Assembly: GCA_965222115.1 (NCBI GenBank) | Contig: CBDCTJ010000007.1 | Coordinates: forward strand, 2,912,001 to 2,976,000 | Reading direction: 5' to 3' | DNA: 64,000 bases | From: Planctomycetota bacterium | Lineage (GTDB): Bacteria > Planctomycetota > PLA2 > JAEUHO01 | Shown here: positions 62,685 to 64,000 of the stretch, piece after piece | Layout of the letters: the number at the start of each line of letters is the position of its first letter | Numbering within the stretch: the stretch's first letter is position 1 | Made by a program: the position numbers and the translations under genes | The notes under the pieces: model-generated | The model's input: only the letters and a program-made list of their open reading frames with translations | Database searches by the model: none | Told to the model about the DNA's origin: nothing

Positions 62685-63235
62685 GCGTTCTACTTTAGCC
62701 GGAACCTGACGTGTTGGGTGAAGGTGAAGATGCCTTGTTCGTCGGGCGTGAGCCGTTTCGCGAGGAGGGAGAGAGGCGCAGAGGGGATGCGTCCCGTTGG
62801 CTGGTGGCCCAGAATCGGGAAGTGTCGGAACTCGATAATGTAGGATTCTTTGGGCGTGAAACGCCACAGTGGCGCTCGCCTTAGACACGGGCTCGCTCTA
62901 GTTCGGCCCTTCGATGCGCACGTCGTGGATCTTCGATCCACTTGTGCTTACTCAGGGTCTCCGACTACGTCGGGTCTTCGACCCTCGTTGTCTCCGACAC
63001 GCGTCTTGAGATGTCTTGGCATCTTGTTGTCGAAGCAGAGTTCATCTTGACGTAGCCATCCTTCTGTGCGAAACGAGTCGCGTTCGACGGCGAACAGAGA
63101 AATCACACTCCATGACATGTGTGGATTTGGTCCTGATGCAGCCTTCAACGCGAGACAGGGAGAGCAGTGGGTCCATAAGCGAATTGTACGTTGGCTCGTG
63201 AATGCATGCCCGTTCGTAGGCTAAACTGGTTCACC

Positions 63236-63547
63236 ATGTTGGAGCAACGCCCCGATTCTGTACTCCTTACACGCGTCGGCATGAACTACGAAGCCACGCT
63301 CCTTGCGGGCCGACTCAAGGCACACAGCGTCGATGTCGTTATCGAAGAACTCATCGCCTATGACGACGCCGCGGGAAATTCGGGCATTCGCGTATGGGTG
63401 CCGGAAGCCCAACTTAAACAAGCTCAAGAAATCTTGGCGGAGCTAGAAGCTGCGCGAGACACCCTCACCGAGAGCGAACTCGAGCGCCAGGCGATGAAAG
63501 CGGGCGAAGTCGTCGAGACTAGAGAGACTCCCCGCGCTGAAGACTAA
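63236..63547 (+). CDS. DUF2007-like putative signal-transducing protein
   Basis: YEATLLAGRLKAHSV..GIRVWVPEAQLKQAQEIL. Confidence 0.7.
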   Translation: MLEQRPDSVLLTRVGMNYEATLLAGRLKAHSVDVVIEELIAYDDAAGNSGIRVWVPEAQLKQAQEILAELEAARDTLTESELERQAMKAGEVVETRETPRAED

Positions 63548-63722
63548 CGGTCGTGGTCACACTTTGTTGGTGATCCTTGCCAGGCGGTCGGCATCACGGA
63601 ACGTTAATCTCGCAAAATTTGCCCAACGTCAAGTACTTAGCTGCACCCATTTCGAACCATGCGCCAACGCCACATGTCGGTGCAGGACCTGCAGGCGACA
63701 TCAAAGACACGACACACCGGTT

Positions 63723-64000
63723 TCAGCCACGCGAACCTCGACTCGCGGCACTTGACTCAAGACGAAGAAGTACAGTCACAAGGATCAGTATCAATCCCTG
63801 GATGAACACTGTAACGCCCGTGGGCAATCGCGCACTGCCAAGACACCCACAACTGAAGTCGGATGGCGTCCAGGGAAGCAGCACTACGGAAGTTGCGGCT
63901 GCCCCGATGAATCCCCAATACAACGCGAGTGCGGTCGTATGCCGGTAGCGGGGAGTCACTAGTGTTGCTGCTACGACGAGTTCTATCAGCGTCACGATAA
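63723..64000 (-). CDS. MauE/DoxX-like membrane protein, 3' part (truncated by the window edge)
   Basis: Hydrophobic helices, IELVVA and SCGCLG motifs. Confidence 0.6.
   Translation of the reverse strand, partial: IVTLIELVVAATLVTPRYRHTTALALYWGFIGAAATSVVLLPWTPSDFSCGCLGSARLPTGVTVFIQGLILILVTVLLRLESSAASRGSRG

Noticed and set aside
1-64000. tRNA, rRNA, transposase or integrase genes
   Set aside because: No cloverleaf/T-loop context, rRNA-like stretch or recombinase motif recognised by eye; tRNAscan-SE and Infernal would confirm

Overview
GC-rich bacterial chromosomal DNA, most likely from a Planctomycetota lineage (inferred from the RpoA N-terminus MRIRWRNLELP, the RpsG N-terminus, an ECF sigma factor with a long C-terminal extension, and the many HEAT/vWA proteins). 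Bases 1-28200 hold housekeeping and accessory genes: hrpA 3' end, a membrane MutS-like ATPase, mutM, miaE, tldD/tldE, a tricorn protease, an iodotyrosine-deiodinase-like nitroreductase, a carbamoyltransferase, a PLD nuclease, HEAT/vWA proteins, a deaminase, a membrane-anchored ECF, slyX and a CDGSH protein. Bases 28217-56977 (minus strand) are the rplA-rplJ-rplL-rpoBC-str-S10-spc-alpha superoperon, which is rearranged: rplC is missing from the S10 operon, a long zinc-independent rpsN sits between rpsG and fusA instead of in spc, and rplA has lost its rplK/nusG/secE neighbours. rpsD, rpmD, map and tuf are also absent. Bases 57223-64000 encode exported hydrolases (serine hydrolase, permuted NlpC/P60, TPR-CHAT), a DUF2007-like protein and a partial MauE/DoxX-like gene. 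The best candidate for something undescribed is non-coding: a compound repeat, (GTCCAC)n - TCTTRAGTACGGGTMTCGGGT - (RGGTGAC)n, occurs as a direct repeat on both sides of the ECF gene, alongside other dispersed periodic motifs and gene-end micro-duplications. I saw no tRNA, rRNA, CRISPR array, transposase or integrase. All calls come from reading the sequence; no searches were run.
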